Notes: a model not told the origin generated them from the sequence alone. Positions 29,631 to 46,544 are shown, counted from the first letter of the stretch. The stretch: DNA of 64,000 bases from the human T2T-CHM13v2.0 reference genome, Homo sapiens (GCF_009914755.1 NC_060928.1); one strand, 5' to 3'. Numbers and translations: made by a program.

Positions 29631-29865
29631 CAGGTGCAGTGTCCCTCGTCTGAAAAATCCAAAATCCCAAATGCTCCAAAATCTGAAACTTTTTGGGTGT
29701 CAACATTACATTCAAAGGAAATACTTATTAGAGTATTGTAGATTTAAGATTTTTGAATTAGGAATGCTCAGTTGAGTAAGTATAATGCAAATATTCCAAA
29801 ATATGAAAAAAAAATCCAAAATCCAAAACACTTTTGGTCCCAAGCATTTTTGCTAAGAGACACTG
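29631..29865. mobile_element. Tigger4a/MER46A-like MITE
   Basis: TA|CAGGT...AAATGCTCCAAAATCTGAAACTTTTTG...GGTCCCAAGCATTT. Confidence 0.85.
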
Positions 29866-30749
29866 TGACACTATTCATTTCAGCATTAGAAACATTTCTG
29901 ATTTTATCCTAAAGATCTCTTATGATTTACATTAAAACCGGCTCATAAAATTTTCTGTAATACATTCTTACAGTATTCATAAGTGGTTAGTTGCCAATAT
30001 AAGAAAGTAAAAAGGGACAACACAGGAAAGTTGCAGAGAGCTCAGAATATGCCTAGGATTGGTCTATCAGTATTTTAATAAAATAATCTGAAAATGGAAT
30101 ATAAATATTAATATTTTCTGCTAATGGTGGAATGTAGTGAAATGTGGCTAGTTTTACTGAAAATATGCAAGAAATTAAAATTATTCTTTTCTGGTTTTTA
30201 TGTAATCAGAGAGGGAAGGAAAGTATTCTCGTTATCAGAAATATATACAAAGAAAGCTACTGAGCAAATTATACTGCATGCATATTTATGATTTTATAGT
30301 GGAGATATAAAAGTACCTGAGATATACTGAAATGTTGTGTGTGTGTTGGGGGTAAGGGAACCTCTTAATGTTTGTTGAAATCTCCTAAAGGAAAAACTAA
30401 AAACGCCTCTGGAAATACTGTGCTCTATTAACCTTCTCTATAACTCTATTTCAACTCCTCCCTCCAGCTACCACTCCACTTTTGCCATTCATTGAGATAA
30501 TAATACCCATTTTTTCAAATTGTTAATCACCACCATCTCAGCCACCATCATGAATTCTATTATTTCAAGATATTATTATCCCCATTGCTATCAAGGAATC
30601 CAGTTCTGCAACAGCATCTCCTATTATCAGCCATGGCCTACGAAAGAGAGTCACACTAAGATTTCAATGATACTGATACCTCTGTCACCAGTTCATTTAT
30701 TACTTACATTTTAAAAAGTCTTCTGGGCCCTTTTGGACAATATATCCAG

Positions 30750-31960
30750 ATACTAGGTTTTCCAGTCTTATATGGAACTATATGGTACTACTTCTCTGAA
30801 GTAGATACCATGCCCACTTCTATGAGCCTATTGATCCTATTCTCTACTATCTTCTAATGCAGTGCCAGCATTATTTCTTCATTTATTACAAGACTTTGTC
30901 CTGTTTTTTCCCTCTTAGTCTTCAATAACCATCTTAGCTCTTTGCTAACACCATATTTGGGATTGACGTCAGTGTTTTAAATTCTGTATCACAGGAAAGT
31001 GTTTCCATATTGAAAAATTCTTCCTTATTCAACTTGGTAATAACTCTCCTTATTCAATCTCTGTCCACTTGATCCAGTGCCCTTAGGATCACGTCTCTTG
31101 CATACTCCTTAGATTCTAGCCAGTATGTTAGCCACACATTGCAGCTCCTTTGGCAATAGTCCCACTCCTGCCTTAGGAAGCCCAGCAATCTTCAGTTGGG
31201 CTATGCTGGGATTTGATGTTTGCTGTTGCATTGGTTGGCCAGAATGGAGGTGCTAGATGCTGAAAGGGGCATGTATTGTCTTATAAGCTACCTACCTCAC
31301 ACAAGATGACTTCTCTGGTCTTCAAGCAAGCAGTCTTCTAACAAGGGAGCACTCTTCCAATAGAGGGCCACATCTGCAGGCCCAGGAGGTTTAGAGGAAT
31401 CGGGGAGTTTGTTTCTCAACTGCATCTACCCAGAATTCCCCATTCACAGTCTCAGGATTCCATTCTTTCCCTGATTTTGGCATAAGAGGTATGCTGGCAG
31501 TAAGAATTCAACTTTCTCTGAAGCTGCATTACTCTTAGGATTAAATCCTGAGCCTGACTCTTCCTTCTGTCTGCCCTCAGCTATGACATGAAAGTTTCCT
31601 TCAATGCTTCCAAAGAGGCCCTCAGGCTTTCACAAATTGGTAATTCATCAGCCCAAGCTTATCATTATCTCTCTCAGTGCTCTGTAACAGCTTCACAATT
31701 CTGTATTCCTAATAATAGTTTTCTCTCATTTTTCTCATGCCTCTCAAGCATCATCAAACATACTGCATCCTGCTAGTGCAGTATCTTCCTCAGTACCCCA
31801 CCTCAGTTCGCCACCAAGACAAATTCTAACAATTTCAGGGGCTAGCCATCCTCTGCCTACCACCAGTGTTGAAATTCTTAATGCCAATAAGTCAATAAGT
31901 AATCCACCTCAAAAATGCTATCTTAGGTTCTTCTTCCTAGAACCATTCCTGGTACCAAAA
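30750..31960 (-). mobile_element. ERVL-class (ERV3-16A3/HERV16-like) internal remnant
   Basis: Minus-strand TGGTACCAGGAATGGTTCTAG (ERVL-type primer-binding site) next to the LTR; left boundary uncertain. Confidence 0.5.
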
Positions 31961-32400
31961 GTTCTTGATTGGGTTTCTTAGATACAGAGCCTGAGACAGA
32001 GAATTGCATAGAAAGGTTTCTGGCTGAATACTCTCAGAAGATATACCTGGAAGAAATTGAGGAAGGCAATGTTGGGCAAAGGAGGAGCTTGACCTGCATG
32101 TGGTTACAACTGAGGTTTCAACTAATCCTGCAGCCCCTGGAGCCAGGCTGCGCCTTTATTATCATCTCTAATTGAAGCAAGTTGTCTCAGTTTTTTTATC
32201 CCCATCTCAGTTTCTTTAGCCCCACATCAGCCAGTGATTGGTCCACAGGCTGAGTCATGGAAGGGAGGCATAACCTTGTGAGAGGCAGTCCCTATGACCT
32301 CTGGAAACTCCTAGTGAGGTGCACGGTTGTGACTATCAGCAGCAGATATTCTCACTAGCCAAGGGGATGAAGGCACAGCACAAATAAAGGACTCACTACA
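31960..32400 (-). mobile_element. LTR16-like LTR
   Basis: CAGAGCCTGAGACAG...GGGCAAAGGAGGAG...CCCCACATCAGCCAGTGATTGG...AGGCATAACCTTG. Confidence 0.65.
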
Positions 32401-32934
32401 GCTGAAAACAAGGTGAACTTAAGAAAGCCATAAATGCGCTTCTTAAAAAAAAAGATGGAAATGAAAAGGGGATTGGATGGTGGTGATTAAATTATTTATT
32501 CAAATAATATTACTGTTTTATTATAATGTAGTGGTAAAACAATTCATATCCAATACTGTATAGTATCACTGCATATTACACAAAAACATACCCACTAATG
32601 AGTTTATAAAGTGTTGCATAATTTTGGTAGTTGGTCTTTTAAAATGCTATGTATTATTCAGAAATTTACAAAAGACTGTTATATAAGGATTTGAATGTTT
32701 TAGGGTTTTAAGTGGATTGATATTTTTTCATCGGATACAATGGCATATGAGTTCCTGCTCTCTGAGTACATTTTCAGGAATGATTTGGGAATCTATATTC
32801 TCCAGAAAGAGTAACCCTATTAGTTGTCTTACCTTAGGAGTAATTAATAATATGAGATATTATTAATAAATAAGAGTTCTGAGTATAGGGCAAAGGGATA
32901 AGAAAAGTCACTTATGAAGCATTTCAAGAAAGAA

Positions 32935-33400
32935 ATTTTGACTTTTAGTTCACTTTGAACCATTATTAAAAGCCTACTGTGTAACAGGCTTTGTGCTATG
33001 TTCTAAGTATGTATGAATAAATAAAGCGTAAGTTCCATCCTCAAGGAGGTTTCTGTATAGTAGGGAGACACAACAAGGTAAGCAAGTGACTGCAGTTTAA
33101 TTTGTGAGATAGAATAGTAGCAGACTTATTGTGGTGCAAATATGGAAATGATCAACTGTGGTTGATCAGTGAGGAGAAAACCTCTGAATGGGGACTTGAA
33201 GTATGAAATCAGTTTGCAATATATGTGTATGGGGAGGCAAGGAGGATTACGGGGATAACAAAAAGGGAATTTTAACAAAAGAGAGATCTATTTAAAGGTA
33301 CTAGAAGAGAAACGGAAAAAGGGGGAAATCTTGAAGATTAGCTCCAGAAGAAATTGAATAGGTAACAAGATTGACATGGAATGAATGAGACCTAATTAGG
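32935..33400 (-). mobile_element. L2 fragment
   Basis: TTATTAAAAGCCTACTGTGTAACAGGCTTTGTGCTA...CCTCAAGGAG...TAGTAGGGAGAC. Confidence 0.6.
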
Positions 33401-33619
33401 AGTTTCTGCTCTTTACTCCCCAGCGTCTTTTGATTATATCTTTTAAAGCAATTATTACATTATATGACAACTTCTCTATATTATACTAAGAGATCGGTGA
33501 AGTTAGAGTTTGTGTCTTGGTCACCCCTCTATTCTCAAAATCCCTGAAACCTAACATTATGCTTGATACACAGTAATATGAATGTTTTGAATTTCATATA
33601 GATAAAATGTACCAAGAAT

Positions 33620-33850
33620 AAATACTAATGATAATAGTAATAATAATTAACAGTTAATATTTTGGGAGCATTTAGTATTTATATTAGTAAATAATGCAAA
33701 GGCATTATTTAGATTTATTTAATTTGCATAACTCTATTACTTACATACAATTATTATTCACAATTTACAAATAACAAAACAGAGGTACAGAGAAATTAAT
33801 AACATATCCAAGGTCAGAGAGCTAGTGGATGGTGTCCCATCACTTAAATC
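33620..33850 (-). mobile_element. MIR
   Basis: TTTACAAATAACAAAACAGAGGTACAGAGAAATTAATAAC...CCAAGGTCAGAGAGCTAGT. Confidence 0.7.
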
Positions 33851-34147
33851 AGAAAGTGTCTGGGTGCATGAAGAGTTAGAAGTGAGGACACAGGGTATAG
33901 AAGAAGGGTTCAGAAAAGAAAGTATTCAAGGCTAAGGAGGAACTGTGTTTCACAGTATGATCTAGGCTGACTGGAACTAGTCCGCTTTCTCTCCTGTGGG
34001 TTCTGCAGGTTGTTGGCCCTCTGGCTTGAATGCAGATTTATTAGGTAGCTGGCAATCTCACCCAATTTTGATGTTCCTAGTCTCTTCCACATAATTCACC
34101 CAAATCAGCAAATATCTTTCCAGCCTCTTCTTACTCTCTCCTATCAG

Positions 34148-34267
34148 GAAAAAGAGAACAGCGAGGAGAAAAGGATAATAGAGGAAAAGAGCAGAAAGAA
34201 GCCATTTATATCTGACTGCTGCTGTGGGAGTTACAGAATCTCCTTCTTCAACTTGGGCCCTTTGCAG
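34148..34267 (+). other. candidate internal exon (120 nt, phase 0-0, open frame)
   Basis: Acceptor CTCTTCTTACTCTCTCCTATCAG|, purine/GAA-rich exon start, donor CAG|GTATTC. Confidence 0.5.
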
Positions 34268-35139
34268 GTATTCTCCAACCTCTTTGTCTATATTTTGATG
34301 ACCTTACTCATGAGAACTTCTATACTAAATCCCTGTAAAATTCTAAGTACTTCCTGGTACTTAGAATTTTAAACTTCTTCTGGATAGTTTTCTCACTTAT
34401 TTGGGTAGAAAACTGTAATCTCTTTCTGTCGATGTGCAGTCTCATTTCCAAACATTTTATTTATACACAGAACCCATAACCTTGTGAATCCATCACTCCT
34501 TCACTCTGTTCTATCCATTATCTTCAAGGAAATGGACATATGCCCTGTTTCAGGGTATAGAATATGTTTCCATTTCTGTTCTTTAAATAGCATACCCTAA
34601 GTAGGGCAGGCGGGGGGCAGTTCAAGGATGAAAAAGGATTACAGAGACTGATGATCCACCTCATCATTAGTCTCCACCTGATAAAACACAGAGTTCGAGA
34701 GAAGAGGATGATTCATGTTACTAAGGATTCCTGTAGTTCACCAGCTTCCTTCCGTCTTGACTTTCCCCTTTGGAGCCCATGTAGTGTTTACAAATCCTCC
34801 CTCCCTCGATGTCAGACCAATGAGAACAGGGATAAAGTACCCTTTATCTGGCAAGCAGAAAACTTCTCCCACACTTGCCTGGCAATAATCCAACACAAAT
34901 GTAAGCCTCGAAGTTGTGCAGACTAAATTAAATCGTATTGGGGGAACTGCATTGGAAGATTTGGGATTTCAGATTGTTTTTTCTTTTATGGTTGCAGAAT
35001 TAAAACTATAATGCTGACTTCTTTAAAGCAGCAAGCAGTTTGGTAATACTTTCAATAGCTATTACTTAATGCCCCAGAGTACTCCAACTTAGGGGTGGAA
35101 GACCAGAGTGCAGAACAATAAAACTCAAAGTCATCTCAG

Positions 35140-35590
35140 GTCTCATCCTTCAAGCCTCAGCTTAAATGTCAATTACCTAGGGAAACATTCCCTGACCTTC
35201 TAGTCTATGAACACTCTCACAGTGCCCTGTACTTGGCCCGCATATTAGTTATTATATAATAACTGTAATTATTATTTCTACAATTATGTTAATGCTTTGC
35301 TCAATTCCTGAATTAATAAAGTCTGCCTTGACATCTTATTTAATACTGCAGACTGTACCATCACACTCATATTCCAAATGCCCTTCACTTTGCTCATTTT
35401 TTTTCTTGTCTCTTATCACCTATCATAGCATATAATTTACTTATCAATCATGTTTCCTATTGTTTATTTTTCTCAATTAGAATGTATATTCTACAAAGTA
35501 TTTTGTGTTTTCTTCACTGGTATATTCTAAATGCCTAGAAGAGTATATAGAATGTGTTTGATAAATGTTTATTGAGTGAATAAATAGGAA
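35140..35590 (+). mobile_element. L2 fragments
   Basis: TCATCCTTCAAGCCTCAGCTTAAATGTC...ATAAATGTTTATTGAGTGAATAAAT. Confidence 0.6.
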
Positions 35591-36951
35591 AGAAGGCAGA
35601 GATCTGTCTGATACTCCTCACATCCTCAATGCCTGGTTGATCATCTACCCAGAATTTCTCATTCAATACCTACTAGTCTGAACATTAGTGAGTACAAGAA
35701 AGGAAAAAAATAAAAGATGGAAATTATTTAAAATCATTGGATTAACTAGCCATAACTAAATTCTTCAGAACATAACCTACCATAAAACAGATTAACTTTA
35801 TTGAGTTTATTCTATAAGTATAAAATAAGTCATTATTAGAGATCCCTAAGTCATATAAGCCACATCTAATCTACACAATTCTCTTTGTTCATGTGAATGA
35901 ATATGTGTGTGCTTGCATGTGTGAACTCCAAGTGGTTACAGTTTTTCTGTGTCACAGTCAGCATAGAGAATTAGGAAAAATGAAATCTCAAATGAGTCAA
36001 AGCATAAGAATAATTTTGCATGGTTTATTGACATATTTGGTTTTATTTTATTTCTTCATTTGGATGAGAATTTCTTAAAAGGCATGTCATATAAAGAAAG
36101 AAGTCATATAAAAGTTTTAATATCATGTGTGTATAGGTATTAGCATATATTCTGGTTAGTGTATGTTTATATGGACACTTAAATTGACAGGAAAATTACA
36201 TAATTTCACTATTAAAATAACAAATAATTTGACAATTTTTTCAGGTAAAAAAAATAATTTTCTATGAGAATATTTCCCAAATACATGTTTTCTCCAATAA
36301 TATACTTTTAGAGGATCTTACCCAATATGAAATAATATTCACCTTTGTTGAGACTCTTGTATTTCTCTTTTGCTTTTGTTACTTTTCATAGCCAAAGAAG
36401 TATACATTTTCCATTGATAACTGAGAGCCATTCATTAGTATAAATATTTTGGCAAATATTCCTTTTAGAGTGAGATTGCAGTCCTAGACACTGCATGAGC
36501 TTGTGACATCCTCTGAGGCCTCCAGGACACTGCCCATTGTACATACAATCAAGTGTCTTCAATATGAGAGTATCTGGGATAGTTCTAAGGTCAATAATAG
36601 ATTGCAATCATAAAATCTCCTCTTAAGATTACATGTTACTAATCAAAGGATAGAATTCAGAATAGAGATTATGACTTCATTAGTCATGTGTCTTATGTTT
36701 AAAAATGGTTTTTTAAGCATTGTGGTATATATGCTGAAGCAGAAGAAATATCAAATGTTTCAAACATATGCCTACCTATACCTTGCATTTAAAGCTAGTT
36801 TAGATGCATTTAATGACAATATTACAATTATGTCCTGTAGTTTGCTTAAAATTATGAGATTGAAATAAGATCCTTTTGTCTGTAAAAGACTAAGAATAGA
36901 GTAAGCAAAATGATAATTGGAATGAAGGAAGCCTTCTTCTTTACTCTCCAG

Positions 36952-37112
36952 GGCTGAGTTAATAATATTCTCCTAAGTTCATTTCCACAGCAAGTCTTTG
37001 CAAGGGTTTGTGTTTCTAGGTTGCAACTGAGCCATGATCTATGAGCTATGGAAAATCAAGTGAATGGCTGACTGGGCACCATGTTAAACATTCATGTGTC
37101 TAGCACTTACAG
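36952..37112 (+). other. candidate non-coding exon (161 nt)
   Basis: Acceptor CCTTCTTCTTTACTCTCCAG| and donor CAG|GTATGT. Confidence 0.3.
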
Positions 37113-37274
37113 GTATGTGAAGCAGCAATACAATCATGAAGATAATTTGAGTAAAAATCATAATTTAATTTAAATATTCAGATTAGTGTAGCATAAATGT
37201 TTAAAGCCTGAATTACTGGGACAACAACATCAGCTTTCAATCAGGTCATTAATATAGATCTTAAAAAAAATTGG

Positions 37275-37660
37275 CATATTAGGCCACTCTCACACTGCTA
37301 CAAAGAACTGCCCAAAACTGCATAATTTATAAAGAAAAGAGGTTTAATTGACTCATAGTTCCACATGGCTAAGGAGGCCTCAGGAAACCTACAATCGTGG
37401 CCGAAGGGGAAGCAGGCACATCTTCCACGGTGGCAGGTGAGAGAGAGGGTGGTGTGAAGGAGGAACTGTCAAACACTTATACAACTACCAGATTTTGTGA
37501 GAACTTGCTCACTATCATGAGAACAGCATGGAGGAAACCATGCCCATGATCTAACCACCTTTCTCCCTCAACATGTGGGGATTACAGGTCCCTCCCTTAA
37601 CCTGTGGGGATTACAATATGAGAGGAGATTTGGGTGGGGACACAGAGCCAAACCATATCA
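37275..37660 (-). mobile_element. THE1C/D-like solo LTR
   Basis: TATAAAGAAAAGAGGTTTAATTGACTCA...GGACACAGAGCCAAACCATATCA; TSD ATTGG/TTTGG; internal ~22-nt duplication of ...TGTGGGGATTACA. Confidence 0.9.
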
Positions 37661-37858
37661 TTTGGTATGGTTAGAATTAGTTCAACTAAAACATATAACT
37701 GAATGTTACTGGTTTTCTTGTCAAGTAAAATTGCCATCATTTTCACAGGTAATTCCTACTTTCCACCTGCAAAGTGAATTTTCAAACTGAAATAAGCACA
37801 TTAAAACTAAAAGTCTAGTCATTCTCTCTATCTATATCATTAACAAAAGAATATATCC

Positions 37859-38153
37859 GGCCGGGCGTGGTGGCTCACAACTGTAATCTCAGCACTTTGG
37901 GAGGCTGAGGCGGGTGGATCACGAGGTCAGGAGTTCAAGACCAGCCTGGCCAAGATGGTGAAACCCCATCTCTACTAAAAATACAAAAAATTAGCCGGGT
38001 GTGGTAGTGGGTGCCTGTAATCCCAGCTACTCAGGAGGTTGAGGCAGAGAATCACTTGAACCCAGGAGGCGGAGGTTACAGTGAGCCGAGATCATGCCGC
38101 TGCACTCCAGCCTGAGAAGTAGAGTGAGACTCCGTCTCAAAAAAAAAAAAAAA
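37859..38153 (+). mobile_element. Alu (AluSg-like)
   Basis: GGATCACGAGGTCAGGAGTTC and CCAAGATGG; poly(A) tail; degenerate TSD AGAATATATCC/AGAATAAATTCC. Confidence 0.97.
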
Positions 38154-38602
38154 AGAGAATAAATTCCTTCAAAATTCTCCCATCTGTGAGCTACTGAAAT
38201 TAATACTCTTTATTAATGCCTATTTTATTCAAATAATGGTTGCTTAACAGTATTGCATTTTGTTACTATTACTCAAGTGTTGGCTATGTATAGCTATATA
38301 CTATGCAGTTTTTTGTGCCATAATAAAAAAGTATATTAATTAATATTCTAATTAATTTCCTAGTTTATTAGAAAATATCCATAGTTTTGTTTTGTTTTTT
38401 ATTATACTTTAAGTTCTGGGATACATGTGCAGAATGTGCAGGTTTATTACATAGGTATACACTTGCCATGGTGGCTTGCTGCACCCATCAACCTATCATC
38501 TACATTAGGTATTTCTCCTAATGCTATCCTTCTCCTAGCCCCCCACCTGCCAAAAGGCCCTGATGTGTGATGTTCCCCTCCATGTCCATGTGTTTTCATT
38601 GT

Positions 38603-42142
<3,540 letters not shown>

Positions 42143-42205
42143 TATGATGCTAGCTGGTTATTTTGCCTGTTAGTTGACGCAGTTTCTTCATAATGTCGAT
42201 AATCT

Positions 42206-43224
42206 TTACAATTTGGTATGTTTTTGCAGTGGCTGGCACTTGTTTTTTCTTTCCATGTTTAGTGCTTCCTTCAGGAGCTCCTGTAAGGCAGGCCTGGTGG
42301 TGACAAAATCTCTCAGCATTTGCTTGTCTGTAAAGGATTTTATTTCTCCTTCACTTATGAAGCTTAGTTTGGCTGGATATGAAATTCTGGGTTGAAATTC
42401 TTTTCTTTAACGCTGTTGAATATTGGCCCCCACTCTTTTCTGACTTGCAGGGTTTCTGCAGAGAGATCTGCTGTTAATCTGATGAGCTTCCCTTTGTGGG
42501 TAACCCGACCTTTATCTCTGGCTGCCCTTAACATTTTTTCCTTCATTTCAACCTTGGTGAATCTGACGATTATGTGTCTTGGGGTTGCTCCTCTCAAGGA
42601 GTATCTTTGTGGTATTCTCTGTATTTTCTGAATTTGAATGTTGGCCTGCCTTGCTAGGTTAAGGAAGTTCTGGACAATATCCTGCAGAGTGTTTTCCAAC
42701 TTGGTTCCATTCTCCCCATCACTTTCAGGTACACCAGTGAAATGTAGGATTGATCTTTTCACAAAGTCCCATATTTCTCGGAGGCTTTGTTCGTTCCTTT
42801 TCATTTTTTTTCCTCTAAAAATCTTGTCTTCACGCTTTATTTCATTAGGTGGATCGTCAATCTCTGATATCCTTTCTTCTGCTTGGTTGATTCAGCTATT
42901 GATACTTGTGTATGCTTCACAAAGTTCTTGTGCTTTTCAGCTCCATCAGGTCATTTATGTTCTTCTCTAAACTGGTTATTCTAGTTAGCAATTCTTCCAA
43001 CCCTTTTTCAAGGTTCTTAGCTTCCTTGCATTGGGTTAGAACATGCTCCTTTAGCTCAGAGGAATTGGTTATTACCCACCTTCTGAAGCCTACTTCTGTC
43101 AATTCATCAAACTCATTCTCCAACCAGTTTTATTCCCTTGCTAGTGAGGAGCTGTGATCCTTTGGAGGACAAGGGGTGTTCCGGTTTTTGGAATGTTCAG
43201 CCTTTTTTGCTGGTTTTTCCTCAT
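42206..43224 (-). pseudogene. L1 ORF1 (RNA-binding), frameshifted
   Basis: Fragments ENEFDELTEVGFRR and RNEQSLREIWD...TPRHIIVRFTKVEMKEKMLRAA lie in different frames. Confidence 0.95.
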
Positions 43225-43928
43225 CTTGGTGGATTTATCTACCTTTGGCCTTTGATGTTGGTGACCTTTGAATGGAGTTTTTGTGTGGATGTCCTTTTTG
43301 TTGATATCAATGCTATTCCTTTCTGTTTGTTAGTTTTCCTTCTAACAGGCCCCTCTGCTGCAGGTCTGCTGGAGTTTGCTGGAGGTCAACTCCCAACCCT
43401 GTTTGCCTGGGTATCACCAGCGGAGGCTGCAGAACAGCTAAGATTGCTGCCTGTTCCTTCCTCTGTAAGCTTCATCGCAGAGGGGCACCTGCCAGATGCC
43501 AGCTGGAGCTCTCCTGTGTGAGGTGTCTGTTAACCCCTGCTGAGAGGTGTCTCCCAGTCAGGAGGCACAAGGGCCAGGAACCCACTCAAGGAGGCAGTCT
43601 GTCCCTTAGCAGAGCATGAGTGCTATGCTTGGAGATCTACTGCTCTCTTCAGAGCTGGCAGGCAGAAATGTTTAAGTCTGCTGAACCTGCACCCACAGCT
43701 GCCCCTTCCCCCATGTGCTCTGTCCCAGGGAGATGGGAGTTTTATCTATAAGCCCCTGACTGGGGCTGCTGCCTTTCTTTCAGAGATACCCTGCTCAGAG
43801 AGGATGAATCTAGAGAGGCAGTCTGGCTACAGTGGCTTTGCCAAGCTGCGATGGGCTCTGCCCAGTTCAAACTTTCTGGTTGCTTTGATTACACTATGAG
43901 GGGAAAGCTGCCTACTCAAGCCTCAGTA

Positions 43929-44147
43929 ATGGTTGATGCCCCTCCCCCCACCAAGCTGGAGCATCCCAGGTCAACTTCAGACTGCTGTGCTGGCAGCGAG
44001 AATTTCAAGCCAGTGGATCTTAGCTTGCTCAGCTTCATGGGGGTGGGTTTTGCTAAGCTAGACCACTTGGCTCCCTGGTTTCAGCCCCCTTTCCAGGGGA
44101 GTGAACGGTTCTTTCTCGCTGGCATTCCAAGCACCACTGGGGTATGA
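43929..44147 (+). CDS. L1 ORF0 homologue (antisense ORF in the 5'UTR), 72 codons, open
   Basis: MVDAPPPTKLEHPRSTSDCCAGS aligns with the recalled L1HS ORF0 N-terminus MAGAPPPASLPPCSLISDCCAS. Expression not shown. Confidence 0.45.
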   Translation: MVDAPPPTKLEHPRSTSDCCAGSENFKPVDLSLLSFMGVGFAKLDHLAPWFQPPFQGSERFFLAGIPSTTGV

Positions 44148-45150
44148 AAAAAAAAAAAAAAAAAACTCCTGCTGCTAGCTGGATGTGTGCCCAAACGGCT
44201 GCCCAGATTTGTGCTTGAAACTTAGGGGCCTTGTGGTGTAGGCACTCCAGGGAATTTCCTGGTCTGCGGATTGTGAAGACCACGGGAAAAGCATAGTATC
44301 TGGGCTGGAATGCACCATTCCTCAAAGCATGGTCCTCACAGCACGGCCCCTCGTGGCTTCCCTTGACTAGGGGAGGGACTTTCCCAACCCCTTGCGCTTC
44401 CTGGGTGAGGCGACACCCCACCCTACTTTGGCTCATCTTCTGTGGGCTGCACCCACTGTCTAACCAGTCCCAATGAGATAAGCCAGGTACCTCACTTGGA
44501 AATGCAGAAATCACCCACCTTCTGCATTTATCTTGCTGGGAGCTGCAGATGGGAGCTGTTCCTATTTGGACATCTTGCCAGCCACCTCTGCAGTTTTTAA
44601 TGTTAAAATCAAAGTATATTTTTTAAGGCTTTGATGATTATGATCAGAAGGGTTTTTGAGAAAAAAATTTAGATTCTGAGTCTTCATTTGCTCCTTTTTG
44701 AAAGTTTCATAGCTTTGGAAGTGTCCACTTAAATGTACTTTTCTAGTATTTCCAGAATTTTCAAAGTTATACTCTAAAATATTATATCATAAATAAATTA
44801 AAGCTTAGAAACAGGCAAGATAAAAGAAAAAGGTTCATTCGAACACCCTCTTCCTCTCTTTCTCTTTCTCTTTCCATATATATATTTTAAATATTATATA
44901 TTTATAAGAACTAAATTTGGCTTCTGCCAATATATTTAACATGAGAAATTCAGTTAATTTCATCAAATTGCTCCTACAAATGATCATTTGGGATAATTTA
45001 AGATGAGGAAGAAAAGAAATAAATATTTTTCATTCATTGGATTTATGCTAGCAAAATATATAATACAAAAAAAAACAAGTTAAAATAATAAAGATTAGTT
45101 TTCAAAATACCCCTTTGTTCTAATTACTGAGATATTCTTAGTAATAACAT

Positions 45151-45366
45151 TTTTTCTTGCTTTATTGAGGCATAATTGGCAAATAGAAATTGTATATATT
45201 TCAGGTGTACAGTGTGATGTTTTGATATATGTGCATATTGTGAAATGATTACCATAATCAAGCTAATTAACATATTCATCTCTTTGCATAGTTACCTTTT
45301 TGTGTGTGTGCGAGAACACTTAAGATCTAGTCTCTCTACAAAATTTAAATATACAATATTGTGCCC
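45151..45366 (-). mobile_element. L1MA9-like 3' end
   Basis: GCTTTATTGAGGCATAATTG...TTGTGAAATGATTACCATAATCAAGCTAATTAACATA; TSD AGTAATAA(C/T)ATTTT. Confidence 0.85.
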
Positions 45367-46544
45367 AGTAATAATATTTTGAGGCTGAAGCATCCATATA
45401 ACTCTCTTGACCCTTTACTTTTCATGTGTAGACCCAAAGAAAATCTATCACGACTCTGAAATGCTACAATCAGAATTATAATACACAGCAGGAAATTAGA
45501 AATTATTGATATAAAATGAGATCAAACTAGATTTTGCACCTACAAAAATGAATAAAATTCCTTTCCATCAAATGTGTAAAAGTTAATCCAATTTATCTAA
45601 TAGTAAAAACATTGATTTTATGTGGTATTTTTCAGACCATAGCCATATTTAGCCTTTCAAATCACTGTGATAAATAACTTTCTGATCCATCGCTTCCCCT
45701 AGCTTTGTTGCTATTATACAGCTTTATCTGATTGATATAATTTTAAAATATGTATTTATGACACTGAATCTCCAATTTTCAATTGGATTGTATTTATAAA
45801 AATCCAATTTCTAAATATCTTATCCATGTTGGTTAACAGTCACAAAAATAAAGATCACTTTATCAATTGGGGCTAATTCTAGAGACTAAACAAAAAAAAC
45901 CTCTATTATTTTCCAATTTGCTTTGCTATCTATACTCCTGTATACACCAGTATTCCCTTGAAATATGATCTGTTCTGAGTTCCTCAAGCACAGAGAGTTC
46001 TAGGGCACATATAATGTTAGGGCACTTCATTATGTATTTTTGTCACCAGTTATTTTGTTTTGAATTAATATTTATTTCAGGGACATAGGATTGTTTTTGC
46101 AGTGAACCATCCCTGACTATCAAACTATTGCCTACAATCACTGTCATTAATGCAGCACTATCACATGAGAGCCAAGGATTAAACCTGCCAAAACAAGCCT
46201 AAGATTTTATAGTCACGAGGCAATTAATTACTACACATAGAAATAAAACTAGTCACATCCCCAGATTATATCAAAGTACTCATTTTACAATATTGCCTGC
46301 TAGAGGATTAGTCTGATTGATGACACAATTTCTCCTGAAATTTTTGCCATCTGAAAACCTAATGACATCAGGATAAACCATTTTACTCTACTTTAGGCCA
46401 CTCCTATTATTTTCAACCTTTGCGCCATTTTATTTTCACCCTTAATGCAAAGAGGGGCTTCTCTTTATTTTCCTCCTCTCTTACCAGGAGTCAGTCACTA
46501 TCCAGCTATCCAGGGCAGAGAAGATTATCCATTTAATAAGGAAT

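Noticed and set aside
34603-34622. GGCAGGCGGGGGGCAG as a CTCF site or G-quadruplex
   Set aside because: Several mismatches in the CTCF 5' core and fewer than four G3 runs.
36228-37756. + strand AG|GT fusions (TTTTTTCAG|GTAAAA near 36244; TTTTCACAG|GTAATT near 37748) as recursive sites
   Set aside because: The donor halves are weak and such motifs are expected by chance in AT-rich DNA.
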